Of a DNA stretch of 64,000 bases, positions 1 through 10,317 are shown one piece after another. The notes beneath the pieces are model-generated. The model did not search any database and was not told the origin of the DNA. It was given only the letters and a program-made list of their open reading frames with translations. The translations under genes and the position numbers were made by a program. This DNA is from Myxococcota bacterium (lineage in GTDB: Bacteria > Myxococcota > UBA727 > JAHDBA01), in the NCBI GenBank assembly GCA_020627505.1, contig JAHDGS010000002.1, positions 4,213 through 68,212 on the forward strand, in the 5' to 3' direction. Every line of letters begins with the position of its first letter. Position 1 is the first letter of the stretch.

Positions 1-121
1 GATTGTCGTCGGTCGTGAAGATCGTCCAAAGCACTATCGTGTCGAAATGATTACCGTGACGAAGGGCTCTGTATACGATCGTGATTTTATCGGCTACGCC
101 GACTGTCCATAAAACACGCAC

Positions 122-376
122 TTACTTTTTACGCGAAGAAAGGCCCATCCCAAGCTCAATTAATGGATCGGGCGCATCGCGTAGAATTGCCGTATAGGCA
201 GTCTCTCCGGTTTCGAGCATCCGCTTGACATAGGGTCGACACATGCCACAGCCTTTGCCGAAATCACAGGCCTGCCAAAGCGGTATAAATTCCGTCAACG
301 CATGTGTCTCCGCATATGCTTTGATCTCTTCAAATGATGTATCGTGACAGACACAACGATCGATCAGTAACCCCAT
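122..376 (-). CDS. BFD-like (2Fe-2S)-binding domain protein (bacterioferritin-associated ferredoxin-like)
   Basis: 84 aa. The Cys pattern CVCH ... CDFGKGCGMC matches the BFD-like [2Fe-2S] domain and the E. coli Bfd layout. Confidence 0.55.
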   Translation of the reverse strand: MGLLIDRCVCHDTSFEEIKAYAETHALTEFIPLWQACDFGKGCGMCRPYVKRMLETGETAYTAILRDAPDPLIELGMGLSSRKK

Positions 377-446
377 ATAACAAAGCTATGCCGACAACAG
401 AATATCGTCAAATTGGCGTCATGAGACAATTACGATAAGCTTCAAT

Positions 447-890
447 ATGACTCAAGTGACCATTCATCAATGTGCAGCGCATGAAATATGGCCCCTTAGA
501 AATTCGATGCTCGCCATTGCGCCAAACACAACCTATCCACCATATCCACAAGATGATCTGGCAAGTTCAATACACCTAAAGGCATGTCTCGAATATCATG
601 ATATCGGATGCTTGAGCCTTGTTGAAGATATTCATGAGAATTTTAATAAAGCACAGCAGATTCGACTACGGGGAATGGCGGTATTAACCCATGCTCAACG
701 GAAAGGTATCGGTGCAAAGCTCATTAATTATGCAGTCGAAATTCTCCGAGAGCGGAATCAAACCTTCCTCTGGTGTCACGCACGGTCGGCGGCTGTTCCA
801 TTCTATAAAGCTCAAGGTTTTCATACCAATGGAGAAGAATATATGATCGATGGTATTGGCCCACATTATTTGATGTTTCAACAGCTGTAA
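447..890 (+). CDS. GNAT family N-acetyltransferase
   Basis: 147 aa. Acetyl-CoA binding motif QRKGIGAKLINYA and a C-terminal FYKAQGF segment typical of the GNAT fold. Confidence 0.6.
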   Translation: MTQVTIHQCAAHEIWPLRNSMLAIAPNTTYPPYPQDDLASSIHLKACLEYHDIGCLSLVEDIHENFNKAQQIRLRGMAVLTHAQRKGIGAKLINYAVEILRERNQTFLWCHARSAAVPFYKAQGFHTNGEEYMIDGIGPHYLMFQQL

Positions 891-940
891 CTTCTCAAAT
901 CTAAACTTTCTTGTCACGTTATGATTTGGTATCAAGAACT

Positions 941-2533
941 ATGTTATTGACCACGCGATATCTTATTGTTTCAACTGTTCTTGGCGTGCTTTTTTCAGGC
1001 TGCCAACTGGGCTGTTTTCAAAAAGAAAAAAGAAGTGAAATACAGACAGTACCAGCAGCCCTCGAAGAGAAATCTGTTAAAGTCGAAACCACCAAGACCG
1101 TAGCAGAAGCCTTCACATGGCAGGCATGGCCACAAGATGAATCGACCAAAAAACGGTTCATGATTTTTTATACAGGCAATGTACAGGGCTATGTTTCGCC
1201 ATGTGGCTGCACAGCAGAACCACTTGGTGGCATTGCCCGATTCGGTGCACTCAAAAAACAAGCAGATGATGTCTACGGGAAGGATAAAGTCTTTTTTGTG
1301 GATGCAGGCGATCTTTTATTCGAAAAAGAAACAGACAACCTTCCAGCTGATGAATGCCAAACAAAAGCAAGGCATGAACTTTTACTATCAACTTATAAAT
1401 CACTTGGTTTAACGACAACCAATATGACTTCGAAAGATATGTCAGTCAGGCAACCTGAGTGGCCCAAAGCACTACTCCAGAAAGAAGCGATACCTTATCT
1501 TTATAATCCAAAACTAAAAGAGCCACTTGGCTTACTCAAGACTATCGATGTACTCAAAGATGAAAAGCTTCCAATCATCATTAGCGCCACAGCAAAAGAT
1601 GCTATTCCACTTCCACCCAAACAAGAGGATGGAATGCTCCACTTTTATACCTCTCTTCAAAGCCAGTACGCGACTGTCATTGAGCTCAACCTGAATGGAG
1701 AAGGTCAATTAAAGCTCGACGACCGTGAAAGTAAACGTCAAGCACGCATTAAGGCGCTGACGAAAAAGATTGCGACATACACGAAAGCCATTACAGCTGG
1801 CGATGCACGCGCAGCAATTTACCTGAAGAAGGTGACGAAAGCACAAGAAGAGATTAAAGCGCTCAAAAAACCGGAGGCCCTCGGCCCAGAACCTGCGCCT
1901 CCGTGGGCTCGATTTCATGCGATACCTCTCAAGCGAGGCATGCCTGAGGATGAACAGATTGCCAAAAATCTAAAAGCCTATGAAGACAGTATTCCGACAT
2001 TGGTTTCACAATGTGAAGAAAATATTGTCTGCCCTGAACCCAAGGCTGATGAGGCCAGATATGTGGGTATGCAAACCTGCTATGCCTGCCATCAAGAAGC
2101 AGTGAAATTTTGGAAGAATGCGCTGGTTGAGGTTGAAGGGACACATCAAGATGGGACCAAGTTTAAGAGAAAGTCTGGTCACGCAAAGGCCTGGCAAACA
2201 TTAGTCGACGACAATAAAGAAAAAGATCGAACATGTATTGGTTGTCATTCAGTCGGTTTCAACAAGCCTGGTGGTTACTGTAAAACATCAGATGTGATGG
2301 ACTTTGAAAATGTTCAATGCGAATCATGCCATGGGCCTGGCTCAAAGCACGTCGCTGCTGGTGGCGGAAATCGCTTCATTCAGAAAGAAGTACCTGAAAC
2401 CACATGTCGAGGCTGTCATGAAGTGCCACATATTCCAAGTTATGAAAGTTTCGTGTATGAAGATCGTTTACGCAGTATTCTTGGCCCAGGTCATGGACTT
2501 GCCAAATTGAAATCACTCGCAGAAAGCGAGTGA
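941..2533 (+). CDS. Multiheme (4x CxxCH) cytochrome c family lipoprotein
   Basis: ATG at 941 gives MLLTTRYLIVSTVLGVLFSGC, a lipoprotein signal; the longer ORF opens with TTG at 911. Four CxxCH heme-binding motifs (CYACH, CIGCH, CESCH, CRGCH) lie in the C-terminal 170 aa. The N-terminal roughly 370 aa is non-heme and Lys-rich. Confidence 0.7.
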   Translation: MLLTTRYLIVSTVLGVLFSGCQLGCFQKEKRSEIQTVPAALEEKSVKVETTKTVAEAFTWQAWPQDESTKKRFMIFYTGNVQGYVSPCGCTAEPLGGIARFGALKKQADDVYGKDKVFFVDAGDLLFEKETDNLPADECQTKARHELLLSTYKSLGLTTTNMTSKDMSVRQPEWPKALLQKEAIPYLYNPKLKEPLGLLKTIDVLKDEKLPIIISATAKDAIPLPPKQEDGMLHFYTSLQSQYATVIELNLNGEGQLKLDDRESKRQARIKALTKKIATYTKAITAGDARAAIYLKKVTKAQEEIKALKKPEALGPEPAPPWARFHAIPLKRGMPEDEQIAKNLKAYEDSIPTLVSQCEENIVCPEPKADEARYVGMQTCYACHQEAVKFWKNALVEVEGTHQDGTKFKRKSGHAKAWQTLVDDNKEKDRTCIGCHSVGFNKPGGYCKTSDVMDFENVQCESCHGPGSKHVAAGGGNRFIQKEVPETTCRGCHEVPHIPSYESFVYEDRLRSILGPGHGLAKLKSLAESE

Positions 2534-2565
2534 TGTTCGGGCGATTTGACTACTGGTTCAGCTGA

Positions 2566-3375
2566 TTACATTGCTTTATAAAAGTTTACTTCGACTTCAC
2601 CACCACCATTGTCGCTATTGAAGACACAGTTGACGTTTGCAACCATCAAGCCTGATTCAGTACCCGGTGTTGGAGTGACCTCACATTCACCGCCACCGCC
2701 GCCACCTTGACCCGGTGTCGTATCTGCTTGCCACGCGCCAATGCCTTGACCTGTACACAGATAAACAGACATCATCTCACCACCGATTTCCACAACATGG
2801 TCTTGCGTGCTCACGAAATTCACTTGAAAGGTTGTTGACGCTGTGACATTGAGCCAGTCCCACGTTGCGCCTTCCATTCTCACCATAGATTGCGGGCGAT
2901 AAGGATTCGTTGTTGTTCCAAGGATTTGAACATCTGAGCCCATCACACCTGTGACAGTCAATTCATTTGACTCAACCATATCTGAGTTGTGCATACGTCC
3001 AGTCATTGAGCCTGTGACCAAATCATCATTCGAGATGTATTCCAGGTTTGCACCACCGCCACCAATAACAGTATCTGTGTCATTTTCGATATCCGTCTCA
3101 GCATTGTCATCACCGATACCACGATCGTTTGGCTCACCTGTTGATGGTCCACCGATTGTTAAATCAATATTCTCTTCTTCAATGTCGCCCTCATCATTTG
3201 TCACATCTGTTTCATCAACCAGATTTTCTTCATCGATAGGATTTGTTTCGTCAGGAATCGTGACTGTATCTGTTGGGGTATTGTAATGCACTGGCGTATA
3301 CTGTGTTTGATTCGTCGGCATACCACACGCTGCAGAGAAAAGACCGGCCCATGTGATTGTAATAAGTTTCTTCAT
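2566..3375 (-). CDS. Secreted acidic lipoprotein, function unknown
   Basis: An internal ATG at 3375 follows a strong RBS (AGGGGGAUUU). The N-terminus MKKLITITWAGLFSAAC is a lipoprotein signal. Asp/Glu/Thr-rich repeats, then a Gly-run and Cys-containing C-terminus. Confidence 0.6.
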   Translation of the reverse strand: MKKLITITWAGLFSAACGMPTNQTQYTPVHYNTPTDTVTIPDETNPIDEENLVDETDVTNDEGDIEEENIDLTIGGPSTGEPNDRGIGDDNAETDIENDTDTVIGGGGANLEYISNDDLVTGSMTGRMHNSDMVESNELTVTGVMGSDVQILGTTTNPYRPQSMVRMEGATWDWLNVTASTTFQVNFVSTQDHVVEIGGEMMSVYLCTGQGIGAWQADTTPGQGGGGGGECEVTPTPGTESGLMVANVNCVFNSDNGGGEVEVNFYKAM

Positions 3376-3506
3376 AAATCCCCCTACATTTAATATCTCA
3401 AAAACCACCTTCAAAAGGCTATCGGCTTTGTGGCTGAACGATATTTCGTCAGATATACATGAAATGTAGGACAAACATAAGCAGCTAATAGATAAAGGAA
3501 AACCCA

Positions 3507-3536
3507 CATTAGTGTGGGTTTATCTTTGGTGGCGTG
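3507..3536 (-). terminator. Putative intrinsic terminator hairpin (aaacccaca...tgtgggttt) downstream of the 3543-4484 gene
   Basis: A 9-bp inverted repeat with a short loop and flanking T-rich tract, located in the gap between two minus-strand genes. Confidence 0.35.
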
Positions 3537-3542
3537 GTGCTC

Positions 3543-4484
3543 TCAATCTGAGAACACATCCGAACCAAATGCATTGATGTCGACTTCTAATAATTGATCG
3601 TCTGCGACTTGATAGAATATCGGATCACTTTCAACACCCTGATTGTCTTTCAACATGACTTCTAATATATCTCCACACATTCCTTTGAAGGCGAGCTTAT
3701 GGTTTTCAGCTTTCACATCACCATATTTAGAAGAAAGATTTCTCACAGAAATCTCTGCAGTCGTCTCGATACCCCCTCTAAAGTCAAGCTCACCTGACTC
3801 AGGGGTATATTTTGGTTTTTGAGCCAAAAATGGTTTTCGTGTATCTTGCACCTTTTGTGTTGAGATTGGCATATCTTTATATGTATTCAGCCCATCCAGA
3901 AACCGATGTAAAAAGCTCGATACGATCACTGAAGTTCGACCATTATTTCCTAAAAACCATAGTGAATTTTTACTTTGCACAGAAGTGGTGTCAAAGCCTG
4001 GCAAATAACCAAAATCAGCCGCATACTCTTTTTCAAAGGTTGCTTTTCCGTTATGGTTTTTTGAGCCCAAATCTGTATTTACGCGAACACGTATCGAATC
4101 GGAACGTAGTCCACTTTTATCAATCGCGCATAATTCAAGCTCGTCACCTGGCTGCAGATCATACTCTTGCATTTGTTCATTCGAAAGTGTCAGGGCACCA
4201 CGTCTTTGCTCAGTGTCATAACCTGTCAGCTCGAACACGGTCTCATCTGACCAAGTTGCATCTGGCTTTTTCGATCGATTGATGAAAGATATTTTTGAAT
4301 TCGGCTCCATATCCCCAAGAAGAATGTAAATGGGATCTCGTTTCACACTCGCCTGCGCATATCCATGAACAGCATCTTCTTTAATAAAAGCGAATGCTCG
4401 AATAAGCTCAGGTTTTTGCGGTTTAGTTATATCAGTGCAGTGATTTTTGGTTTCGGTAAATGTACACGGTTTAATACTTGTCAT
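3543..4484 (-). CDS. Hypothetical protein (313 aa)
   Basis: Long ORF with no recognisable motif and no signal peptide. Confidence 0.5.
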   Translation of the reverse strand: MTSIKPCTFTETKNHCTDITKPQKPELIRAFAFIKEDAVHGYAQASVKRDPIYILLGDMEPNSKISFINRSKKPDATWSDETVFELTGYDTEQRRGALTLSNEQMQEYDLQPGDELELCAIDKSGLRSDSIRVRVNTDLGSKNHNGKATFEKEYAADFGYLPGFDTTSVQSKNSLWFLGNNGRTSVIVSSFLHRFLDGLNTYKDMPISTQKVQDTRKPFLAQKPKYTPESGELDFRGGIETTAEISVRNLSSKYGDVKAENHKLAFKGMCGDILEVMLKDNQGVESDPIFYQVADDQLLEVDINAFGSDVFSD

Positions 4485-4602
4485 AATGTTCTCCCTTCTA
4501 TGAGCATGAACGCTCCAAACTATATGTTACGAAGACTTACATTTCGTCACACTGGGTCACATTTTTATTTATTCAAAGAAAGACTAGTACTTGGCAATAC
4601 AA

Positions 4603-6000
4603 TTACATTTTTCGACAGCTCAAAAAGGCTTCTGTTTTCTCTAAAATGATCTCTGTGCTCTCTTCTGAGTGAAGATCCACTTCAATCTCTGGACGCATCG
4701 CAAGTTCTTTGATGAATTTCTTTTGTGCTTCTCCAAAGATTTGAGCCTCGTGATACGGACAATCTGAGAAGGTCACCATATGATATTGTGTCATATAACG
4801 CTTCGGGAAATGCGCGCAGATTTTTTTCTCGATTGCGCGACACCTTAAATATAACGCATTCGTCACATGATCTCTCATCTCGATAAAATTATGAAGTGCC
4901 AAGTCGGCAATCGCATCGGCATCTTTCTTACGCTGTTTCGAATAGCGCTCAAATGCTGTTTCTAAATTACCCGATTCTTCAAGTAACTGATCCAATACAA
5001 AACAATCTTCAAAACCCGCATTCAATCCTTGTCCATAAAAAGGCACAATCGCATGTGCAGCATCTCCAAGTAAACATGCTTTATTTTGATAATGCCATGG
5101 CTCACAACGTACCGTCCCCAAATCACTTACCGGGTTCGCAAAAAATTCTTGTGCCAAATCAGGCATAACTTTTAACACATCAGGAAATGTTTCATCGAAA
5201 AACTGAAGCACGGCTTTTTTAGTGCCCAATTTAGCAAAGCTCATCGCATCGTCTTCTGATTCATGCGCTAAAAATAATGTTGCCGTAAAGCTCTTATCGA
5301 GATTGGGTAATGCGATCAGCATGTATTGACCACGTGGCCAAATATGAAGTGTATGTGGCTCTAGGGCATAATCCCCCTGTACAGCTGGTATCGTCAACTC
5401 TTTATAACCATGCTTTAAAAAAGACTGACTATAGTTATAGCGTCGATTCTTCATCAACGCACGACGTACAATTGAGTTCGCACCATCGGCACCAAAAATG
5501 ACATCTGCCGAAACCGTATAATCGATATTTCGATAATCATCTGTAAACTGAGCGCGTGCTGTATCAAGATCGATTCGATTACAGCGATGTTCAAAATGCA
5601 CGGGCTTATCACCATGCGCTGAGGCATCTTGCTCAGCCAAATCGAGAAGTAGAGCATTCAAACGACCACGAGAAACAGATAATATTGAGTCACCTTGATG
5701 AGAATATGGATGCAGACTTGTCGAACCATCGAGCGCATGAATCAAGCGCCCATGCATGGGTATACCCAATGCTTCAATATCGCTTTTCAACCCAACATGT
5801 TCAAGGGCCTTTAAGCCGCGAAATGAAAGTGCAAGATTAATCGATCGACCAGAATCCGCCATCAGATGGCGTAGATCGGGACGGCGCTCAAATAAAGAAA
5901 CCTTAAAACCACGACGAGATAAATAGATCGACCATAGCGAACCGACCAGACCTGTCCCAATGATCATCGCATGTTTTGAGGCACCAATTTGTTTAACCAT
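4603..6000 (-). CDS. kmo: Kynurenine 3-monooxygenase (FAD-dependent)
   Basis: N-terminal FAD Rossmann motif IIGTGLVGS. GRSINLALS, HGYKELTIP, HIWPRGQYMLIALPN, GDAAHAIVPFYGQGLNAGFEDC and MVTFS are collinear with eukaryotic and bacterial KMO. Confidence 0.88.
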   Translation of the reverse strand: MVKQIGASKHAMIIGTGLVGSLWSIYLSRRGFKVSLFERRPDLRHLMADSGRSINLALSFRGLKALEHVGLKSDIEALGIPMHGRLIHALDGSTSLHPYSHQGDSILSVSRGRLNALLLDLAEQDASAHGDKPVHFEHRCNRIDLDTARAQFTDDYRNIDYTVSADVIFGADGANSIVRRALMKNRRYNYSQSFLKHGYKELTIPAVQGDYALEPHTLHIWPRGQYMLIALPNLDKSFTATLFLAHESEDDAMSFAKLGTKKAVLQFFDETFPDVLKVMPDLAQEFFANPVSDLGTVRCEPWHYQNKACLLGDAAHAIVPFYGQGLNAGFEDCFVLDQLLEESGNLETAFERYSKQRKKDADAIADLALHNFIEMRDHVTNALYLRCRAIEKKICAHFPKRYMTQYHMVTFSDCPYHEAQIFGEAQKKFIKELAMRPEIEVDLHSEESTEIILEKTEAFLSCRKM

Positions 6001-6008
6001 GGTTCACT

Positions 6009-6419
6009 CTAATTGTTCACTTGTGTATTTTCAATTGCCTTGACTGATTTACCGGCGATCTCTTGGACTTTGGTACCAACCTCTTTCTGGATCGCTTCTT
6101 TACCTGAGTCAACAATCTCTTTTGCACCTTCTTGAACACCCTCTTTAATCTTTTCACTCGCTTTCGAGGCCAATGCTTTTCCTTTCTCTGATATTTTCTG
6201 AACAGCTTGTTCACGTGCCGTATTCAAACGCTGATTGATTTCGCCCTCAACCGATTTAAAATCACCTTGTTGAATACTTGTGCGAATGACCGATTGTTTC
6301 TCTTCAGGCATTTTGGTGTAGTAGTAATAACCGGCTCCCCCCAGAACGATTGCAAGGATAACCAGACGCTTTATAAATTTTTGAATCATTCGGAACTCCA
6401 CAATTTGATTGCCTTTCAA
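6009..6419 (-). CDS. Membrane-anchored Lys/Glu-rich protein, function unknown
   Basis: An N-terminal TM helix (LVILAIVLGGAGYYYY) followed by a charged low-complexity region. Confidence 0.4.
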   Translation of the reverse strand: MKGNQIVEFRMIQKFIKRLVILAIVLGGAGYYYYTKMPEEKQSVIRTSIQQGDFKSVEGEINQRLNTAREQAVQKISEKGKALASKASEKIKEGVQEGAKEIVDSGKEAIQKEVGTKVQEIAGKSVKAIENTQVNN

Positions 6420-6441
6420 GATGGCTCTTGTAAATTTATGT

Positions 6442-6879
6442 ATGAATTCAACTTTTGCAAGACAGTCTCGCTTTTCTGTTCAAACATCAGGGCGTGGTCT
6501 AATCAATATTACGACGGAGCTACGACATCATCTCGATCAAATGCTTGGCCAGTCGTCCGGTTCAGGTCTTTTAAACGTCTTTTTACAACATACAAGTGCC
6601 AGCTTGATTATTGGGGAGAATGCTGACCCTTCGGTATGTGATGATACCCTCGCTTTCTTCGAGCGCTTAGTTGAAGATGCCGCACCATACTTTACCCATA
6701 CCGCAGAAGGACCAGATGATATGTCTGCGCATCTTCGAAGTCTGCTCACCACCAATAGCCTATCGATACCGATCACGAACGGCCAGCTTGCTTTGGGCAC
6801 ATGGCAAGGTGTTTTTCTATTTGAACACCGCACGCATCCGCATCGACGCAACATCGTATGTACGTTGGTTGCTAATTAA
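6442..6879 (+). CDS. YjbQ/UPF0047 family protein (secondary thiamine-phosphate synthase-like)
   Basis: LQHTSASL, GPDDMSAHL and GTWQGVFLFEHR follow E. coli YjbQ. The start was moved to an internal ATG to avoid overlap with the upstream gene. Confidence 0.6.
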   Translation: MNSTFARQSRFSVQTSGRGLINITTELRHHLDQMLGQSSGSGLLNVFLQHTSASLIIGENADPSVCDDTLAFFERLVEDAAPYFTHTAEGPDDMSAHLRSLLTTNSLSIPITNGQLALGTWQGVFLFEHRTHPHRRNIVCTLVAN

Positions 6880-6893
6880 TATACAAGCCCCCC

Positions 6894-7994
6894 TCAAAAG
6901 TAAGGCGCAGGGTTGATTGGCTGTCCATTATGACGAAGCTCAAAATAAAATGGCACGTTCGCACCCTCAGGTTGATATTGACCAATCAACTGACCAAGCT
7001 GAACATCTTCGCGCTGCTTAACTTTGGGTGCTGCAATATGCGCGTATAAGGAGAAGACTCGATCGCCATGATCAATGATCACCATTTGACCAAAACCACG
7101 CATGCGTCCGACAAAAACAATTTTACCTGCAGCTGAAGCACGAATCCCCATGACTGTGTTGAGTTGATAATATAATCCACGTGCTGGGGCATCTTCTCCT
7201 GCCACCTGTTCACCATATCGCTTGACAGGTTGTTCAGCGACCGGTGCTCGTAATTGCAAACTCAGTTTTTTATCAAATGTTTCGTCATGTGAAGCCGCAT
7301 TAATTTGTTGCCAGATATTTCGCTTCTGACTGACCAGACGGCGAATTTGTTTAACACCCAGTGCTTTTTGAACAGAGATATCCTCTAACAACATTTTCCT
7401 TTTAACAAGCACATCATGTAGTAAAGCTTCCTCACGCTGCAGTAAATCAAGACTCCGTCTTACATCCATTAAATGGGCGCGTTGAAAGGAAGCTTCTTTC
7501 TCTTCCTGCAAATACGATTGATGCTGCTCGACATAATGACGTGATCGTTCCTCAATTAAGCCCTGCACATGTTTGAGCTCTTGTTCGCGAACCTGCTTTC
7601 GAACTGCGTCCTGCTGATATCGATTCGAGGCTGATAAAATCAGAGCATAGGTCATAAGTTCTTGTGACGATTCCTTTATTTCCTTGAGCGCATTCTTGGT
7701 TTGCTGCTCTTTTTCATTCAACGTCTCATGACGCCGCATATGTGTGTCATAAACTGTTCGAATTACATCGATCTGTTTTTCGAGCGGTCCTAGTTTTCGT
7801 TCAATTTTTTTTAACTCTAAGACTGAGTCACGTTCATCTTGCATGATGGTTCGTATTTCTTTTGATAGCTTTTCGAATCCATATTCGAGTCGTTTTAGGC
7901 GCTTATGTAGCGGCGACGACTGTGCATATGTGGTTGTTGCACAAAAGAAGATAACAACAAGTACACCATCAAACGGTCGAAATATCGCCTTCAC
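6894..7994 (-). CDS. M23 family peptidase / murein hydrolase activator (EnvC-like)
   Basis: Signal peptide, a long coiled coil, and a C-terminal LytM domain (GIRASAAGKIVFVGR...IIDHGDRVFSLYAH). Immediately downstream of ftsX-like and ftsE-like genes. Confidence 0.75.
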   Translation of the reverse strand: MKAIFRPFDGVLVVIFFCATTTYAQSSPLHKRLKRLEYGFEKLSKEIRTIMQDERDSVLELKKIERKLGPLEKQIDVIRTVYDTHMRRHETLNEKEQQTKNALKEIKESSQELMTYALILSASNRYQQDAVRKQVREQELKHVQGLIEERSRHYVEQHQSYLQEEKEASFQRAHLMDVRRSLDLLQREEALLHDVLVKRKMLLEDISVQKALGVKQIRRLVSQKRNIWQQINAASHDETFDKKLSLQLRAPVAEQPVKRYGEQVAGEDAPARGLYYQLNTVMGIRASAAGKIVFVGRMRGFGQMVIIDHGDRVFSLYAHIAAPKVKQREDVQLGQLIGQYQPEGANVPFYFELRHNGQPINPAPYF

Positions 7995-8782
7995 AATTCA
8001 GCCTCTTTAGCGGCATAAATCGTCGCCAGAATGACAAACACATTGACGACGATTATCAGACTAACCAATGCGGTCATGCTCAATCCTTTTTCGCTAAATA
8101 TACTAAAGAGTGCGATGCTTAAGGTGATACACAGTACGCCCCTGACAAGACGTCTCCATAATCGCTTCATATATAAGCGCTTAAGGTCGTGCGCAGACAT
8201 TCCTAAAAATAGTGCATAGCCTTTAAAGTTCAGTTCAGCGACACGTGACCGCCGCTCTATCATGATACACAACAATACCAAAACAACACACCCCATGCCA
8301 AGTGCGAGTAGTCTATCTAAGGTTGATGATTCGTCTTTTTGAATCGGGTTTTCTATATTTGTTAGCGTTTTGGCATTCAGTACTCTTTCTAATTCTTGCG
8401 CAATAGAAGATTCATCTTCTTTCAACATTTCAATTTCAATAATGGGTTGAAAGCCATCTAATAACTGAGATACACGTTCTTTATCTCGCATGAGTGTTTT
8501 GGCATAATCACCGCCCATCAACTGATGAGAAATAATTTGGGTATTTGATTGAAGTGTCTCTTCTAGTTCATGCGCTGAGATATCATTCACTTGATAATAA
8601 CCATACACACGCTTCGATTCTGCAAGACTGGCTTCGAGTGTTTGATATAGGTGGGCACAATAAGCAGTCAGTCCGGCCATACAAAGCAACACAAGCCCAT
8701 TGAACCACTTATCGTTTTTTCGATATTGATCGAGAGCATTTGATGTCCTTTGTGCAATTTGATGTCGTGATTCAACGGTCAT
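7991..8782 (-). CDS. ftsX: Cell-division ABC permease FtsX-like
   Basis: Four predicted TM segments with a periplasmic loop. Its start overlaps the ftsE-like stop and its stop overlaps the envC-like start, the classic ftsEX-envC arrangement. Confidence 0.55.
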   Translation of the reverse strand: MTVESRHQIAQRTSNALDQYRKNDKWFNGLVLLCMAGLTAYCAHLYQTLEASLAESKRVYGYYQVNDISAHELEETLQSNTQIISHQLMGGDYAKTLMRDKERVSQLLDGFQPIIEIEMLKEDESSIAQELERVLNAKTLTNIENPIQKDESSTLDRLLALGMGCVVLVLLCIMIERRSRVAELNFKGYALFLGMSAHDLKRLYMKRLWRRLVRGVLCITLSIALFSIFSEKGLSMTALVSLIIVVNVFVILATIYAAKEAEL

Positions 8783-9384
8783 GACGCCTCTAATACCATG
8801 AGCTGAGTTGGCAAAGATGCAAAATCTTGTGGACGATGTGTGGCGATAAACAAATAACGATCCTTATAGTGTGTTCGAATATGTGTGAATAATTTTTTCG
8901 CTAAATATGGAGATAATCCTGCCATCGGATCATCGAGCACAACAATAGGTGCTCCTCTGAGCACAGCCAATGTCGCGAATAGATATTGAAACTGTGTATC
9001 AGACAGCATGGATAAAGACATATGCTGCCATTCCAAAATAGCTGTTTCTTTCAATTCTGCTTCAAAGGTAGATGAACTGACAGTCAGTGCTGCCATATCT
9101 TCAAGAATGTTTGATACATGTCGCTTTTCCGGCATCTCTTGACGGGATGGTATGTAGGCCACATTTTCTCGGTACGCTGATTGGGCCATCACATCGCTCA
9201 CAGAATATTGCACGCCCTCAAAACAAATAACACCGGTGTGAGCTGTACGTACTCCAGCTAACGTTTTCAATAAGGTTGATTTTCCACAGCCTGAATGACC
9301 TACCAGAACCACTGGTTCACCTTTTCGACATATTATATCAATCGGCCGCTGAGAATCATCAGATTGCCATTGTTCGAGTATCAT
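8779..9384 (-). CDS. ftsE: ABC transporter ATP-binding protein FtsE-like
   Basis: Walker A GHSGCGKST, degenerate signature LSDTQ, Walker B IVVLDDP. Sits directly upstream of the FtsX-like permease. Confidence 0.55.
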   Translation of the reverse strand: MILEQWQSDDSQRPIDIICRKGEPVVLVGHSGCGKSTLLKTLAGVRTAHTGVICFEGVQYSVSDVMAQSAYRENVAYIPSRQEMPEKRHVSNILEDMAALTVSSSTFEAELKETAILEWQHMSLSMLSDTQFQYLFATLAVLRGAPIVVLDDPMAGLSPYLAKKLFTHIRTHYKDRYLFIATHRPQDFASLPTQLMVLEAS

Positions 9385-9483
9385 ATAAAGTTAATCGCAT
9401 AGAATCATTAATTTTTTCAAGTTTATAGGGCCGGTTAATTTCCGCCAAAATCAGCAGACAATACTATATAAACTTGAGGTCAT

Positions 9484-10317
9484 ATGCAGAACTGGCAAGA
9501 GATGAATGAAACAGGGTTTGAGTCAAATCAAAAACCGCGTCTTCATGATATGAATTGTCGCTTTCCGAGAAAGAAAGGTGAGATACCTCAACAAAAGCCG
9601 CCTCAAAAAGGTCTGGCGAAAAAGCCACAGCTCACTGCAGTACAACTCAATCAAATCAAACATCAACATCATCTGTCATTATTTGAAACCAAACTGCCAT
9701 TGACCCAAAAAAGAAAGGCGACGTCTTCGCCAAGACGTCAAAACAAGATGTTTTTGTATAGCGTCTTATCTATATTAGGTTTGTCAGTTCTTGTTTATCA
9801 AGCTTCTATCGATATTGCAGCAACCCTGGCTACGCCTGGACAACAGAGAATGCTGAGACGAGACAAACGGGGAAAGGACGATTCTGAGCGTCATCAAAAT
9901 ACATCCGTACAATCAACGAGATCAAAAATAATTCCACTGGCTGAGTATACGACAGCCTCAGCTGTCGAGGGCAAACACAAACAACAACTGGATAACCTCT
10001 CCGGGTCAATTGACATTTCTGATGCACAAGCTCCATATCATCAAGAAAAAACAATCTCTTTTGAGCAGCATGACGATACCACCGCTCAACACAAGGATGT
10101 CGAGGCAGCTATCGCCCAAGCCATTAGCGAGCAAACGCCTGAGCGACAGAAGCATGTTCAACAGCTTTTCGAAAAAACGCATAAGGCATATAGACAAGGT
10201 GCGTATCAACATGCGCTGCAATATTTAACTGAAATGACACAATCATCACTCCACGTGAGTGAGAAAAACCATGTTCGGAAAATTGCCTTGTTGATTCAGA
10301 ACCATCACAAGATTTAA
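9484..10317 (+). CDS. Hypothetical Gln/Lys-rich protein with one TM segment
   Basis: ORF with a central hydrophobic stretch FLYSVLSILGLSVLVY. No recognisable domains. Confidence 0.4.
   Translation: MQNWQEMNETGFESNQKPRLHDMNCRFPRKKGEIPQQKPPQKGLAKKPQLTAVQLNQIKHQHHLSLFETKLPLTQKRKATSSPRRQNKMFLYSVLSILGLSVLVYQASIDIAATLATPGQQRMLRRDKRGKDDSERHQNTSVQSTRSKIIPLAEYTTASAVEGKHKQQLDNLSGSIDISDAQAPYHQEKTISFEQHDDTTAQHKDVEAAIAQAISEQTPERQKHVQQLFEKTHKAYRQGAYQHALQYLTEMTQSSLHVSEKNHVRKIALLIQNHHKI

Noticed and set aside
6409-6441. The longer N-terminal extension of the YjbQ ORF, which overlaps the upstream minus-strand gene.
   Set aside because: Homologues start about 12 residues later. The internal ATG at 6442 removes the overlap.
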